Of a DNA stretch of 32,000 nucleotides, positions 6,668-16,357 are shown in pieces. Origin of the DNA: Nitrososphaerota archaeon (GTDB lineage Archaea; Thermoproteota; Nitrososphaeria; Nitrososphaerales; Nitrosopumilaceae); NCBI GenBank assembly GCA_022573895.1, contig JACZTB010000002.1, positions 30,999 through 62,998 of the forward strand. Reading direction: 5' to 3'. Position 1 is the stretch's first letter; each line of letters starts with the position of its first letter. The notes beneath the pieces were generated by a model. The model worked only from the letters and a program-made list of their open reading frames with translations. It was not told the origin of the DNA and did not search any database. The position numbers and the translations under genes were made by a program.

Positions 6668-7816
6668 ATGGAATATCTTTCAATGCTTCCAGGTCCAACA
6701 AATGTACCTAATAGAGTAATGAGGGCAATGCTTGCACCAATTATTAATCATAGAAGTGATGATTTTGTTGAGTTATACACTGATGTTGTTGAAAAAACTC
6801 AAAAAGTATTTCAAACACAAAATGATATTGTGGCCTTATCTGCATCTGGAACAGGTGCTGTAGAAGCTAGTGTAATTAATCTAGTTAAAAAAGGTGATAA
6901 AATTTTAATTCCTGTAAATGGAGAATTTAGTAGTAGACTATCGCAACTTATTGAAGGTCAAGGAGCTAATGTTGTTAGACTTGAAAGTCCACCCGGACAA
7001 AATGCAACTTTTGATCAAATAAAAGAAGCATTTGATAACAATAAAGATGTTAAAGCATTCTATGTTGTTCATAATGAAACTTCTACTGGAACAATGGTAA
7101 ATTATCTTGACAAAGTATCTGATTTGACATCTAGAAATGATACATTTTATGTTGTAGATTCTGTTTCTTTACTTGGTGGTGTTGAACTTCCAGTGGATAA
7201 ATGGAATATTGACGTATGTCTAACTGGAGCACAAAAAGCACTTGCTGCTCCTCCAGGAATTTCTCCGATATCTGTAAGTGCTAAAGCCAAAAAATACATG
7301 ATAGAAAATCCACCATCCACAATGTACTTCAATTTAGCAAGATACTTTCAATACTATGAAGAATCCAAACATACTCCTTTTACTCCTGCATTACCTTTAC
7401 TTTATGCATATAGAGAAGCCCTAACAATATTGTTAGAAGAAGGATTACAGAATGCCTATAAACGTCACAAAATTTGTTCTGATGCATTATACTCTGGATT
7501 AAGTGCAATTGGTTTAACACCATATGTTACAAAAGAAGAAGATCGCTCGATAACAATTGTTGCATTAAATTATTTGGATGGACTAGAAGACAAGACCTTC
7601 AGAAACACACTAGCAAACAAATTCCGAGTCTTAGTAGCAGGTGGATTTGGTGATCTTAAAGGAAAGGTATTCAGAGTTGGATGTATGGGAGAAGTTAGTC
7701 CATATCATGTAATGCGAACTATTTCTGCAATTTCATCTACCTTAGCAATGATGGGATATGATACAGATGCTCAAGCAGGACTTAAAACTGCAGAAGAAAA
7801 ACTAAAAGCTCTCTAA
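6668..7816 (+). CDS. class V pyridoxal-phosphate aminotransferase (serine-pyruvate/alanine-glyoxylate type)
   Basis: MLPGPTNVPNRVMRAM..., SASGTGAVEA, HNETSTGT and LTGAQKALAAPPG (PLP-lysine region) are typical of AGT/SGAT-like class V enzymes. Substrate cannot be assigned from sequence alone. Confidence 0.8.
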   Translation: MEYLSMLPGPTNVPNRVMRAMLAPIINHRSDDFVELYTDVVEKTQKVFQTQNDIVALSASGTGAVEASVINLVKKGDKILIPVNGEFSSRLSQLIEGQGANVVRLESPPGQNATFDQIKEAFDNNKDVKAFYVVHNETSTGTMVNYLDKVSDLTSRNDTFYVVDSVSLLGGVELPVDKWNIDVCLTGAQKALAAPPGISPISVSAKAKKYMIENPPSTMYFNLARYFQYYEESKHTPFTPALPLLYAYREALTILLEEGLQNAYKRHKICSDALYSGLSAIGLTPYVTKEEDRSITIVALNYLDGLEDKTFRNTLANKFRVLVAGGFGDLKGKVFRVGCMGEVSPYHVMRTISAISSTLAMMGYDTDAQAGLKTAEEKLKAL

Positions 7817-7857
7817 ACTCTGTTAACTTAATATAAGGAAATTCGAGACCGATCACA

Positions 7858-8604
7858 TTGACTTTCAATAAAGGTTCTTTAATTCTAGTAGACTATACTG
7901 CAAAGGTAAAAGATAGTGACGAGGTCTTTGATACCACGATTGAAGAAGATGCAAAAAAATATTCTATTTATGAACAAAATGTCAAATATCAACCAAAACT
8001 AGTTTCCATTGGTGAAGTATCTTATCCTGTTCTCAAAGGATTAGATGAAGCACTTGCAAAAACAACTGTTGGAGATAAACTTACAGTTGAAGTTAGTCCT
8101 GACAAAGGTTTTGGTGAAAGAGATTCTAAAAAAATTAGGATGATTCCTATAAGAAAACTAGGTGAAGATGCAGAAAAAGTTTCCGTAGGTGATACAATTG
8201 AAGTTGATAATAAAAAAGGAATTATTCGTTTTATTGGATCTGGTAGAGTCCAAATGGATTACAACCACAGATACGCAGGAAAAACAATTCTATATGATGT
8301 AAATGTAATAAAATCACTTGATTCTCCAAGTGACAAGGTTGATGGAATTCTTAAAAACAGATTACCTGTAGAGAATTCAAAAATTGCCTTTGACTTGAAG
8401 GATAAAGAAGTAAGCATTACAATTCCTGAGGAAATTTTACGTGCAGATGGTTTGCAAATAATAAAACACTTTATTCAATTAGATATTTTCAAGTTTGTTC
8501 CAACTTTGGAAAAAGCAAGTTTTGTTGAAACACATGTCAATAAACAAACTCAGGAAAAAAAATCTGAAATAAAAGAAAAAGCACCTGAACAAAAAGCTGC
8601 TTAA
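7858..8604 (+). CDS. FKBP-type peptidyl-prolyl isomerase, long archaeal (SlyD-like) form
   Basis: TTG start is required because there is no nearby ATG. KGSLILVDYTAKV...DEVFDTT and ...LTVEVSPDKGFGERD...NHRYAGKTILYDVNV fit an FKBP core with an insert-in-flap domain, plus a C-terminal extension. Confidence 0.8.
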   Translation: MTFNKGSLILVDYTAKVKDSDEVFDTTIEEDAKKYSIYEQNVKYQPKLVSIGEVSYPVLKGLDEALAKTTVGDKLTVEVSPDKGFGERDSKKIRMIPIRKLGEDAEKVSVGDTIEVDNKKGIIRFIGSGRVQMDYNHRYAGKTILYDVNVIKSLDSPSDKVDGILKNRLPVENSKIAFDLKDKEVSITIPEEILRADGLQIIKHFIQLDIFKFVPTLEKASFVETHVNKQTQEKKSEIKEKAPEQKAA

Positions 8605-8605
8605 A

Positions 8606-9670
8606 TCAAATTACTTTAGTACTCTTTGCAAGACTCATTGCTCTTTGTTCAGTCATTTTAACTTCATTTAAAATTGTATATCTCTCTGGTCTTAATCCTT
8701 GTGCAATAGTTAGAGCTTTTATTATTACATCTGGTTTAAGACCAATTTGTTTTGCAGTTGTTGGAGCTCCAACATCTTTCAATGTCTTTATAATTTTTTT
8801 CCAATCTTGTCCATGTAATTTTGTCATCATTATAGTGCCAATTCCACATTTCTCTCCATGAAGTCCAATACCGGGAGCAATTTTATCAAGTGCGTGTGAA
8901 AAAAGATGTTCTGAACCAGAACATGGTCTGCTACTTCCTGCAATACATGATGCTACTCCTGCACTGATCAATCCTTCTACAATTATCCTTGCATCCAATC
9001 CTTTCTTTGCAAATTTAGAAGAATTTTCCATAACTATCTTAGCACTCATCATTGCCAGATCTGCTGCATATCTTCCATAGTATTCCTTCTTCTTTTTGTG
9101 ACCTAATTGCCAATCCTTTACTGCTATCATGTTTGCAATAAGATCTCCACAACCACTAGCTAACAATCTAGAAGGAGCTTTCCTAATTACATCAATATCT
9201 ACAAAAACACCCATAGGCGCAGATGCCATAATTGAATGTGGTATGTTACTTTTTACAGAGACAAACGGACTTGCCATTCCATCATGAGAGGCTGCAGTTG
9301 GCAAACTTACAAATTGTTTACCCAAATTATATGAAATCATTTTTGCTGTATCTACAGAACGACCTCCACCAATACCAACAATCAAATCAGAATTATCTTT
9401 TTTAACATCTTTTTGAATTTGATTCAATGATTTTATTTGATTATCTTTTGATGTATGCCAAATAAATTGAATTTTTTTTGATTTGAGTGATTTTTCAATT
9501 TTTTTCCTTAAAACTTTTTGAACATTTATTCCAGCTATTAAAGAAACTTTTTTTGGTTTATTTAATGAATTTAGAAACCTTCCAAAATCAGAAATATTCT
9601 TCTCACCAATTTCAATGAGCCTAGGTAATTCCATCGTATGCGATTGCATGCGATCTTGATTTTTTGTCAT
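8606..9670 (-). CDS. egsA: glycerol-1-phosphate dehydrogenase [NAD(P)+]
   Basis: 354-aa iron/zinc-type alcohol dehydrogenase fold with GIGGGRSVDTAKM and C-terminal metal-ligand His residues (SEHLFSHALD). In an archaeal context this matches G1PDH of ether-lipid synthesis. Confidence 0.8.
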   Translation of the reverse strand: MTKNQDRMQSHTMELPRLIEIGEKNISDFGRFLNSLNKPKKVSLIAGINVQKVLRKKIEKSLKSKKIQFIWHTSKDNQIKSLNQIQKDVKKDNSDLIVGIGGGRSVDTAKMISYNLGKQFVSLPTAASHDGMASPFVSVKSNIPHSIMASAPMGVFVDIDVIRKAPSRLLASGCGDLIANMIAVKDWQLGHKKKKEYYGRYAADLAMMSAKIVMENSSKFAKKGLDARIIVEGLISAGVASCIAGSSRPCSGSEHLFSHALDKIAPGIGLHGEKCGIGTIMMTKLHGQDWKKIIKTLKDVGAPTTAKQIGLKPDVIIKALTIAQGLRPERYTILNEVKMTEQRAMSLAKSTKVI

Positions 9671-9738
9671 TATTTATGATTTCAAAGGAACAAAAAGTTA
9701 TTTAAAAGGGTGACATGCCACTTACTTTATCTTAATAG

Positions 9739-10380
9739 GTGTATTTTTTGTCGAACAATGTTGAAGAAAAAATTCTGCACGGGACTACCACTGTAGGTAT
9801 CAAAACCAAAGACGGTGTTGTATTATGTGCTGATATGAGAGCTAGTGCAGGTTATTTTATTGCGAACAAAAACACAATGAAAATTCAAAAAATCGACTTA
9901 CACGCAGGATTAACCTTAGCTGGTGGTGTAGCAGACGCACAAAATATTGTTGATATTTTACGTTATCATTCTAATCTACACAGAGTTGAAAAAGCAAGCC
10001 CAATCGCAATTCATTCAATTGCAAGACTTTGTTCATTGATATTCCATCAAAATAGAGGTTACCCATTCATGGCTGATATCTTGATTGGTGGTTATGATAC
10101 AAATGGTCCTGCATTGTTTAACATTGATATGTTTGGTTCAGTTGAAGAGAAATCATTTGTCACAACTGGTAGCGGTTCACCAGTAGCTTATGGTTTACTT
10201 GAAGAGGAATATCAAGAAGATCTTACAGTTGATGAAGCAAAAAAAATAGCTTTAAGAGCTGTTAAAGCTGCAATAGTTAGGAATATTGGTACTGGCGATG
10301 GGATTAACATCGCAATAATGGATAAAGATGGATTCCGTCTTTTGACCGATGAACAAAAGAAAGTAGTCATCGAACTTTAG
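9739..10380 (+). CDS. psmB: proteasome subunit beta
   Basis: GTG start. A short propeptide ends HG, followed by TTTVGIKTKDGVVLCADMRASAG (catalytic Thr1 motif). The 213-aa length fits. Confidence 0.92.
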   Translation: MYFLSNNVEEKILHGTTTVGIKTKDGVVLCADMRASAGYFIANKNTMKIQKIDLHAGLTLAGGVADAQNIVDILRYHSNLHRVEKASPIAIHSIARLCSLIFHQNRGYPFMADILIGGYDTNGPALFNIDMFGSVEEKSFVTTGSGSPVAYGLLEEEYQEDLTVDEAKKIALRAVKAAIVRNIGTGDGINIAIMDKDGFRLLTDEQKKVVIEL

Positions 10381-10387
10381 TGATTTA

Positions 10388-12325
10388 ATGCAAAGAAAAC
10401 AACAACAAAAAGAATTATCTTCTAGCCAAAATATAATGGCCATTATACTGCAAAGTATTCCCAAGGAGGCAAATATTACAAAAATAGAATACGAAGGACC
10501 ACGAATTGCTCTTTACACAAAGACTCCTCGTTATCTGATAGAAAATAATGAAACAATATCAAATCTTGTAAATATAATAAAAAAAAGAATTGTTGTAAGA
10601 ACTGATGAATCAATTAGAAAACCTGAAGATGAAGCTAGACGAATTCTTGCAGAATGTGTTCCAAAAGAAGCAAATCTACAAGGAACTATCTTTGACACAG
10701 CTACAGGTGAAGTCTCAGTTGAAGCAAAAAGACCTTGGTTACTACAAAGAGATGCAAAGGAATTCAATCATGCTGAGGTTACTGAGAAAATCGGATGGAG
10801 ATTACGTATTAGAAAAGCTACAACTATACCTTCACGTACTATTCAAACAATTAATGCAACTCTAAAACAATCCTCTTCTGAGAGAACTAAACAACTTAAA
10901 CAAGTTGGCGATGACATTTTCAGACCTAGATTATCTCAAAGAACTGAAGTTTCTCTTTATACTCTTGGTGGATTTGGACAAGTTGGCAGATCTTCCATGT
11001 TATTATCCACTCCTGAAAGTAAGATCTTAATTGATTGTGGAATTAACCCTGGTGCACGCTCACCAATGGATGCATTTCCAAGACTAGATTCTCTAAATCT
11101 AACATTAGACGAACTTGATGCAATAGTAATTGGACATGCACACTTAGATCATACTGGATTCTTACCAACATTGTGTAAATATGGTTACAAAGGTCCAATT
11201 TATTGTACAGAACCAACTCTTCCTATGATGAATCTAATTCAATTAGATGCAATTAAAGTAGCTATTGCACAAGGCAGAAACCCAATTTACTCAGAACGGG
11301 ATGTTAAACAAATTATGAAACAGACAATTACTTTACCCTATGGAACTGTTACAGATATTTCTCCTGACATAAAATTAGTTCTTGCAAATGCAGGTCATAT
11401 TCTAGGTTCTGCCTTATGTCATTTTCATATTGGAAATGGTAATCATAACTTTGTTTATTCAGGTGATATAAAATTTGGAAAAAGTATTCTGTTTGAAGCT
11501 GCTAGCTGGAATTTTCCAAGAGTAGAAACACTATTGATCGAAAGTACCTATGGTCTTAAAGAAGATATTCAACCAACTAGACAAGAGGTAGAATCTGCTT
11601 TCATTAATGCAGTAAACAACACTTTAGCAGATAATGGTAAAGTTTTGATACCTATTCCAGCAGTTGGCCGTGCACAAGAAATCATGATGGTGATTGATCA
11701 CTATATGAAATCTGGAGAAATGGTTGAAGCACCAGTCTTTACAGAAGGAATGATTTCTGAAGCATCAGCTATTCATGAATCCTATCCAGAATACCTAGCA
11801 AGAGAACTCAAACAAAAGATCTTAGAGACTGATGATAATCCATTTGATTCTGAATATTTCACTAATATTGAACATGCAGATGCTAGGGAAGAACCAATGA
11901 GAGAAAATTCACCATGCATTATCTTAGCAACATCAGGAATGTTAGAAGGCGGTCCTGTTTTAGAATACTTCAAAAACATTGCACCTGACAAAAAAAATAA
12001 AGTATTGTTTGTTTCTTATCAAGTTAATGGTACTATGGGAAGAAGAGTTCTTGATGGTTCTAAACAAGTATACATGTTAGGAAAAGAAGGTAAAGTTGAA
12101 GCTGTTACTATCGATTGTAGTGTTGAAAGATTAGATGGATTCAGCGGTCACAGTGATTATAATCAGTTGATGTCATTTGTACAAAGACTAAGGCCAAAAC
12201 TTCGAAGAGTACTAGTAAATCATGGAGAACGTAAAAAATCAGAAAATCTTGCTATGAATATTAGACGAATGTATAGAATACCTACTCATTATCCTCAAAT
12301 TCAAGAAGCAATAAAACTATTTTAG
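10388..12325 (+). CDS. fttA: aCPSF1-type KH + beta-CASP metallo-beta-lactamase ribonuclease (transcription termination factor FttA family)
   Basis: 645 aa. N-terminal KH-like region (ITKIEYEGPRIALYTK), MBL motif VIGHAHLDHTGFLP, and beta-CASP/C-terminal motifs (GFSGHSDYNQL, VNHGE). It starts 7 nt after psmB. Confidence 0.9.
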   Translation: MQRKQQQKELSSSQNIMAIILQSIPKEANITKIEYEGPRIALYTKTPRYLIENNETISNLVNIIKKRIVVRTDESIRKPEDEARRILAECVPKEANLQGTIFDTATGEVSVEAKRPWLLQRDAKEFNHAEVTEKIGWRLRIRKATTIPSRTIQTINATLKQSSSERTKQLKQVGDDIFRPRLSQRTEVSLYTLGGFGQVGRSSMLLSTPESKILIDCGINPGARSPMDAFPRLDSLNLTLDELDAIVIGHAHLDHTGFLPTLCKYGYKGPIYCTEPTLPMMNLIQLDAIKVAIAQGRNPIYSERDVKQIMKQTITLPYGTVTDISPDIKLVLANAGHILGSALCHFHIGNGNHNFVYSGDIKFGKSILFEAASWNFPRVETLLIESTYGLKEDIQPTRQEVESAFINAVNNTLADNGKVLIPIPAVGRAQEIMMVIDHYMKSGEMVEAPVFTEGMISEASAIHESYPEYLARELKQKILETDDNPFDSEYFTNIEHADAREEPMRENSPCIILATSGMLEGGPVLEYFKNIAPDKKNKVLFVSYQVNGTMGRRVLDGSKQVYMLGKEGKVEAVTIDCSVERLDGFSGHSDYNQLMSFVQRLRPKLRRVLVNHGERKKSENLAMNIRRMYRIPTHYPQIQEAIKLF

Positions 12326-12595
12326 ATCATATTCTGGTTTCCAGATCTTTATACTAGATGGAGCAATAATTATTCTTTCTTCTCCTAATCTTGCGATCTC
12401 TGCACCAGCAGCTTTTGCAATGGAATACAACTCTTCAACTACTTTACGAAGCTGCTCCACATCTTTTTGTGCTAATGGTGTAACTCTTAGAATCAAAATC
12501 ATCTCCTTCTTGATATCTTCTTTGATAGAATGAATATCACTGATGTCTCTAATCGTTATAGCCTTTAGATATGTAGGAGTTTCATGTTTTTGCAT
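12317..12595 (-). CDS. SepF-like (DUF552-like) small protein
   Basis: The 92-aa sequence follows the SepF core pattern: KAITIRDISDIHSIKEDIKKEMILILRVTPL..D.EQLRKVVEELYSIAKAAGAEIARLGEERIIIAPSSIKI (beta-alpha-beta-beta-alpha-beta with terminal P..v.i). The assignment is by pattern only. Confidence 0.5.
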   Translation of the reverse strand: MQKHETPTYLKAITIRDISDIHSIKEDIKKEMILILRVTPLAQKDVEQLRKVVEELYSIAKAAGAEIARLGEERIIIAPSSIKIWKPEYDLK

Positions 12596-12668
12596 TCTTA
12601 CTAAAAATGCGATCTACTCCCTCAAAAACTCTTCCTTAGTTTTAACTAATTTTTAAAAAATTTCATGC

Positions 12669-13724
12669 CTACATTCTAAATTTAATGTAAGACTGTTCTA
12701 TTGCAATTTCAGTACTGATTTCTTCAGATGAATTATCGTTTTTGACTGTAACAATTCCGTGTTGATCTTTTGGTGCATCTGAATATCTTAAAGTTATAGA
12801 TGATGCAAATTTTACATGTATTTTTGCATTCTTACCACGCAAAATTGAAACTGGTCCTACGTAATCTTTAGCTTCAAGTAAAATATCTCCTGGTAATGCT
12901 ATTGCTTTGATCATTTCATTCTCATCTTTATTTCTTCCAACAACAAATTTTGTTTCTTCATCTAATCTAAAATGTCTTCCAATTTTTAACAAATCAACAT
13001 CGTTAATTGTTGGAGTTTCAGTATGTTCAAACAAATCTTTTGCTTTAACTCCAAATTGTGGTTCTGTTAATAGACAACCTCCTCCTGCGTTCGGTGGATT
13101 TTCAATTCCATATTCTTTTGCCATCTGTAATTGAATTCTTCTTGTTCTGCCTCTAATCATTCCAAGATTCTCTCTTTTGATCAATCCATTTCTTTCAGGA
13201 TCTGTTTCTGGTAGTAATCCTGCTGACAATGGTCTTACAATTTTTCCAACAAGACCTGATTCTTTTTCAATAGTTCTTAATGCTGGTCCATGTTGACTCA
13301 TTGGACGTTGACCTAATACTTCACCTGAAATAATAAATTCTGCACCAATTTCTTCCATGTGTTTTTTTGCAGCATCAAACATCATTGCTCGACAATCAAT
13401 ACATGGATTAAAACCAGCACCAATTCCATGTTTTGGATGTTTTAACATCTCAATGTATTCATCACCAAGATAAACTGTCTTTAAATTAATATTAAGATCA
13501 TCAGCTTTTTCTCTAATTTCAAATCCACAACCTCTTCCACAATCGAAATCACAAAAAGGAGTTTTTATTGCAACAGCTGAAACTTCAAAACCTTGTTCTT
13601 GCATCATTTTAATTGCAAGTTGACTATCTAAACCTCCTGATAGTAATGCAACTACTTTCTTCTTCTTTTCTTCTGTCACAAAGTTCCGATCTAAATTTCC
13701 ATATACAAACTTTACATCATACAT
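12669..13724 (-). CDS. PP-loop ATP pyrophosphatase, probable tRNA sulfurtransferase (ThiI/AANH-like, no THUMP domain)
   Basis: Contains the PP-loop SGGLDS, a ThiI-like ISGEVLGQRPMSQ segment, and conserved Cys (NPCIDC, GGGCLLTEP) that could ligate an Fe-S cluster or carry persulfide. The exact target is unknown. Confidence 0.55.
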   Translation of the reverse strand: MYDVKFVYGNLDRNFVTEEKKKKVVALLSGGLDSQLAIKMMQEQGFEVSAVAIKTPFCDFDCGRGCGFEIREKADDLNINLKTVYLGDEYIEMLKHPKHGIGAGFNPCIDCRAMMFDAAKKHMEEIGAEFIISGEVLGQRPMSQHGPALRTIEKESGLVGKIVRPLSAGLLPETDPERNGLIKRENLGMIRGRTRRIQLQMAKEYGIENPPNAGGGCLLTEPQFGVKAKDLFEHTETPTINDVDLLKIGRHFRLDEETKFVVGRNKDENEMIKAIALPGDILLEAKDYVGPVSILRGKNAKIHVKFASSITLRYSDAPKDQHGIVTVKNDNSSEEISTEIAIEQSYIKFRM

Positions 13725-13750
13725 AAATTAAGAAACAGAGGTTTTTTTGT

Positions 13751-14815
13751 GTGAAACAGCGAAGAAAAAATCTTCTAAAACATGCCCAAAAGATCGGTTG
13801 TGATACCCTAGTCACATTTGAGCCTGAAAATTTATTTTACATGACTGGATTTTGGGGTGAGGCAATAGGATTGCTTGAAAAAAATGGAAAAACAACCATC
13901 ATTGCTCCAGAACTTGAAGTGGGAAGAGTAAGAGAAGAATCTGAAGATTGTGATGTAATTACAGCGGAACGTGGAACTGGCCTGATTTCATCTCTTATAG
14001 AAAAAATTAAGCAAAATCAAGTTTGTTCTGATTGCCAAAATTATTCTATTATGATGTCTCTGAAAAAATCTATTCCAAAAATAAAATCATCTACAGAACC
14101 ATTTTATAATTCTCGTATGATTAAAGACGAAAAAGAGATCCAAATACTCAAAAAAGCTTCTAAAATCATCGATGAAATGTTCGAGATTTGCTTAAAAAAG
14201 ATGAAAGTAGGTCAAAAAGAATCAGAATTACAAACAATTTTGATGATATATGCAATGGAGCAACAAATGTTTGATACTGGATACAAATCTACACTTAATC
14301 CTCTTATTATAGCTGGGGGTCCTAACGGCGCTTTCCCTCACGCTCAAGTTTCTCAAAGAAAATTTAAGAATGGTGATCTTGTAATAACTGATCTTACACT
14401 AAGATACAATGGATATGTTTCTGATGCAACTAGAACATTTGCATTAGGAAAAATTTCAGCGCAAGCAAACGAAGCATATGAAATTGTAAAAGAATCTCAA
14501 AAACTTGGTTTGAAAGCTGTTAAACCCAATGTAGATTGCAAAGATGTAGATTATGCTTGTAGAAAATATATTAAAGAAAAAAACTATGGTCAATACTTTA
14601 TCCATTCTACTGGTCATGGAATAGGATTAGAAGTACATGAGCTTCCAACTGTTTCATACAAAAGTAAAACAAAATTAAAAGAAAATATGGCAATTACTGT
14701 AGAACCTGGAATCTATATTGAAAATAAATTTGGAATTAGAATAGAAGATTCTTTAATTGTGAAATCTCAACCAATTGTAATGCATAAATTTACTAAGGAT
14801 TTAGTCACAATTTGA
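13751..14815 (+). CDS. M24-family Xaa-Pro dipeptidase/aminopeptidase
   Basis: GTG start. An N-terminal creatinase-like domain is followed by pita-bread motifs (DLTLRYNGYVSDATRTF, HSTGHGIGLEVHELP, EPGIY, RIEDS). Confidence 0.88.
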   Translation: MKQRRKNLLKHAQKIGCDTLVTFEPENLFYMTGFWGEAIGLLEKNGKTTIIAPELEVGRVREESEDCDVITAERGTGLISSLIEKIKQNQVCSDCQNYSIMMSLKKSIPKIKSSTEPFYNSRMIKDEKEIQILKKASKIIDEMFEICLKKMKVGQKESELQTILMIYAMEQQMFDTGYKSTLNPLIIAGGPNGAFPHAQVSQRKFKNGDLVITDLTLRYNGYVSDATRTFALGKISAQANEAYEIVKESQKLGLKAVKPNVDCKDVDYACRKYIKEKNYGQYFIHSTGHGIGLEVHELPTVSYKSKTKLKENMAITVEPGIYIENKFGIRIEDSLIVKSQPIVMHKFTKDLVTI

Positions 14816-14817
14816 GC

Positions 14818-15300
14818 CTAATCATAAAAATCTACTAAATCTATGATGTATTTTGATTCTTGATTATTTGATGTTATTTTTCCAGAACTTATATCTACAT
14901 TCCAATTATAATTCATTTCTCCTTTATGTGATTCAAAATTCAAAACAACTTGATACTCTTCTGAACCTATACTTGAAACAGTTAATTCCACTTTAGTTTT
15001 CTTGTTATCATAAATTCTTTTGTCTGAATATTCTTCATCAATTTTCATTTCTATTGCATCCATCACAGTTAATCCAGATTCATTTGGTCCATTATATCCC
15101 ATCAAGATATCAACAACTTGTTGTTCTTCAGATGAAAGTTCTGGAAAACTACTCTCTAAATCCCCTTTCATTAAATCAGGAACTACAAATAGTATAAACA
15201 ATCCAATTATACCCAGGTAAATTGGTGCTCTTTTTTTAAGAAATGCTTTAAAGTCAGATTTTTTTGGTTTTTCTTCTTTCTCTTTTCTATCTTTACGCAT
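14818..15300 (-). CDS. hypothetical membrane-anchored protein (weak PepSY-like C-terminal pattern)
   Basis: Basic N-terminus, one TM segment (IYLGIIGLFILFVV), and an extracytoplasmic domain ending EEYQVVLNFESHKGEMNYNWNVDISSGKI, which loosely resembles a PepSY fold. Confidence 0.5.
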   Translation of the reverse strand: MRKDRKEKEEKPKKSDFKAFLKKRAPIYLGIIGLFILFVVPDLMKGDLESSFPELSSEEQQVVDILMGYNGPNESGLTVMDAIEMKIDEEYSDKRIYDNKKTKVELTVSSIGSEEYQVVLNFESHKGEMNYNWNVDISSGKITSNNQESKYIIDLVDFYD

Positions 15301-15318
15301 TTCTATTTCTCCGATTTT

Positions 15319-16206
15319 CTAGTATTTTGCTGTTAAAATTAAAACTTGCCATGGAAATAAAATTTTACCATTTTTCTTTGTATATCGAGTGGATTTTTCT
15401 TTTACTAACTGTTTCAATTCTTTTCTTTTTGAATATTCTAAAGCATCTAGTTTTTCTTTTAGAGGCTTTGGAATATATTTAATATAATTTCTCCAATAAT
15501 CTTCAAATTTTCCAGGACTATAATGAAAAACAAATTCTTTTACAAATATTTTTGAGAATCCTGCTTTACTGATCTCTTTTCTTAATGCAGATTTTGTACC
15601 AAATCTATCAAGATTTGGTGCACCAGAAGGAAGATAATCTGGAATGTATTGAATTACTGAATCTAAAATACTGCTAAAGAAAGGAACCCTCTCTTTTCTA
15701 CCATGAACAGAAATTCCTATCTTGCCTGATTTTTTGAGGCTATTTCTTATATTTTTTAATGCTTTTTGGGCATTTGGAAAGAAGAAAAGTGCATATTGAC
15801 AAGTAACGATATCAAATTTTTTTAAAAAACTAAACTTTTCTGCATCGACATTTACAAAATCTAAATTTGGTTTTCTTTCATTCCACTTTTTTGCTATTCT
15901 AATTGCAGTAATTGAAGTATCAGCACCTATAACATATCCTGAATTACCAACCTTGTTTCGAATTTTTTTTGTTACTACACCTGTACCACATGCAAGATCT
16001 AATACTGTGTTACCCTTGTTAATATCTACTAATTCTATTAATTTTGTAGTACTTTGAAATGGTCCTATACTTACACTAGCCCATCTTTTATGATAACGAG
16101 GAGCAACCTCATTCCAAATTTTTATGTTTCTTTGTTTGTATTCTATATTATTCAATTTCATTTGTAGAATCACTAACCTATGATATATTTTATGTAATAT
16201 CTTCAA
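15319..16206 (-). CDS. class I SAM-dependent methyltransferase
   Basis: Motif I VLDLACGTGVVT, post-I GADTS, and FDIVTCQYALFFFP. An alternative start at the ATG at 16161 (MKLNNIEYK...) would avoid overlap with the candidate small ORF 16190..16357. Substrate is unknown. Confidence 0.8.
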   Translation of the reverse strand: MKILHKIYHRLVILQMKLNNIEYKQRNIKIWNEVAPRYHKRWASVSIGPFQSTTKLIELVDINKGNTVLDLACGTGVVTKKIRNKVGNSGYVIGADTSITAIRIAKKWNERKPNLDFVNVDAEKFSFLKKFDIVTCQYALFFFPNAQKALKNIRNSLKKSGKIGISVHGRKERVPFFSSILDSVIQYIPDYLPSGAPNLDRFGTKSALRKEISKAGFSKIFVKEFVFHYSPGKFEDYWRNYIKYIPKPLKEKLDALEYSKRKELKQLVKEKSTRYTKKNGKILFPWQVLILTAKY

Positions 16207-16357
16207 GATCAGATTTTAGCATTCTACCAGTTTCATGATAGTATCTATGTTCAATTTGACCCAATTTCTCTTGCAATTTTTTATCCTTTAATTTTTTTGA
16301 TTTTAGTTCGATTTTTTTATACTCTACAATTAGTTTTCGAAGTTCTGATTTTTTCAT
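16190..16357 (-). CDS. candidate 55-aa basic helical protein
   Basis: Not in the supplied track. Reads ATG(16357..16355) MKKSELRKLIVEYKKIELKSKKLKDKKLQEKLGQIEHRYYHETGRMLKSDLEDIT TAA(16192..16190). Its ATG overlaps the coaBC TGA in an ATGA arrangement. The frame is open for 56 codons in very AT-rich sequence. Confidence 0.45.
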   Translation of the reverse strand: MKKSELRKLIVEYKKIELKSKKLKDKKLQEKLGQIEHRYYHETGRMLKSDLEDIT

